Positions 63,853 to 64,000 of a DNA stretch of 64,000 bases are shown one piece after another; positions within the stretch are counted from its first letter, which is position 1, and the number at the start of each line of letters is the position of its first letter. This DNA comes from Camelus ferus (Eukaryota). Where the stretch lies: positions 74,772,001-74,836,000 of the forward strand of contig NC_045699.1 in assembly GCF_009834535.1 (NCBI RefSeq). The letters run 5' to 3'. A model generated the notes under the pieces. That model was not told where the DNA came from. It saw only the letters and a list, made by a program, of their open reading frames with translations, and did no database searches. The position numbers were made by a program, and so were the translations under genes.

Positions 63853-63903
63853 CTCAGCCCTGCCACCGGGCACCTCCACCACGTAACTGCGGCAGTAGGC
63901 CAT
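63853..63903 (-). CDS. Candidate alternative ABCA2 first coding exon (MAYCRSYVVEVPGGRAE)
   Basis: Kozak gcagccATGG, 17 codons, phase-0 donor GAG|GTGGGT compatible with the phase-0 acceptor at 62518. No transcript evidence available. Confidence 0.4.
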
Positions 63904-63915
63904 GGCTGCCTCCTT

Positions 63916-63929
63916 ATTGCTATAGCAAC
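63916..63929. promoter_or_regulatory. RFX X-box-like palindrome
   Basis: GTTGCTATAGCAAT on -, with a perfect 12-bp palindrome TTGCTATAGCAA at 63917-63928. Confidence 0.6.
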
Positions 63930-64000
63930 AGCGGCGCACGAGCTGCCAGGAGGAGGCGAGGCCTGCTTGGCGGGCAGGCGGCTGGCTGGGCAGCTGGCCA

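Overview
GC-rich mammalian genomic DNA, probably a camelid (one tRNA-Ala-headed SINE resembling the camelid Vic-1 family). It is syntenic with the human 9q34.3 lipocalin cluster: FBXW5 (5' end, -), C8G (+), LCN12 (+), PTGDS (+), LCNL1 (+), PAXX (+), CLIC3 (-) and most of ABCA2 (-; start exon outside the window, one exon hidden in an N gap). Exon chains were rebuilt by hand from GT/AG sites and codon phase, and are consistent. Most ORFs in the supplied track are GC artefacts. Points of interest: (1) a 3-nt ABCA2 microexon (TCT) with neural-microexon-like flanks; (2) a candidate in-frame alternative ABCA2 first exon beside an RFX X-box; (3) a duplicated in-frame splice donor at the ABCA2 NBD2 Walker B; (4) a complete secreted-type LCNL1 whose conserved GxW Trp is Leu; (5) at least two, possibly three, decayed lipocalin copies in the 16-kb interval between LCN12 and PTGDS, plus a 156-bp, 96%-identical inverted duplication of an exon-1-like unit. 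Orthologue comparisons are from memory and were not run against a database.
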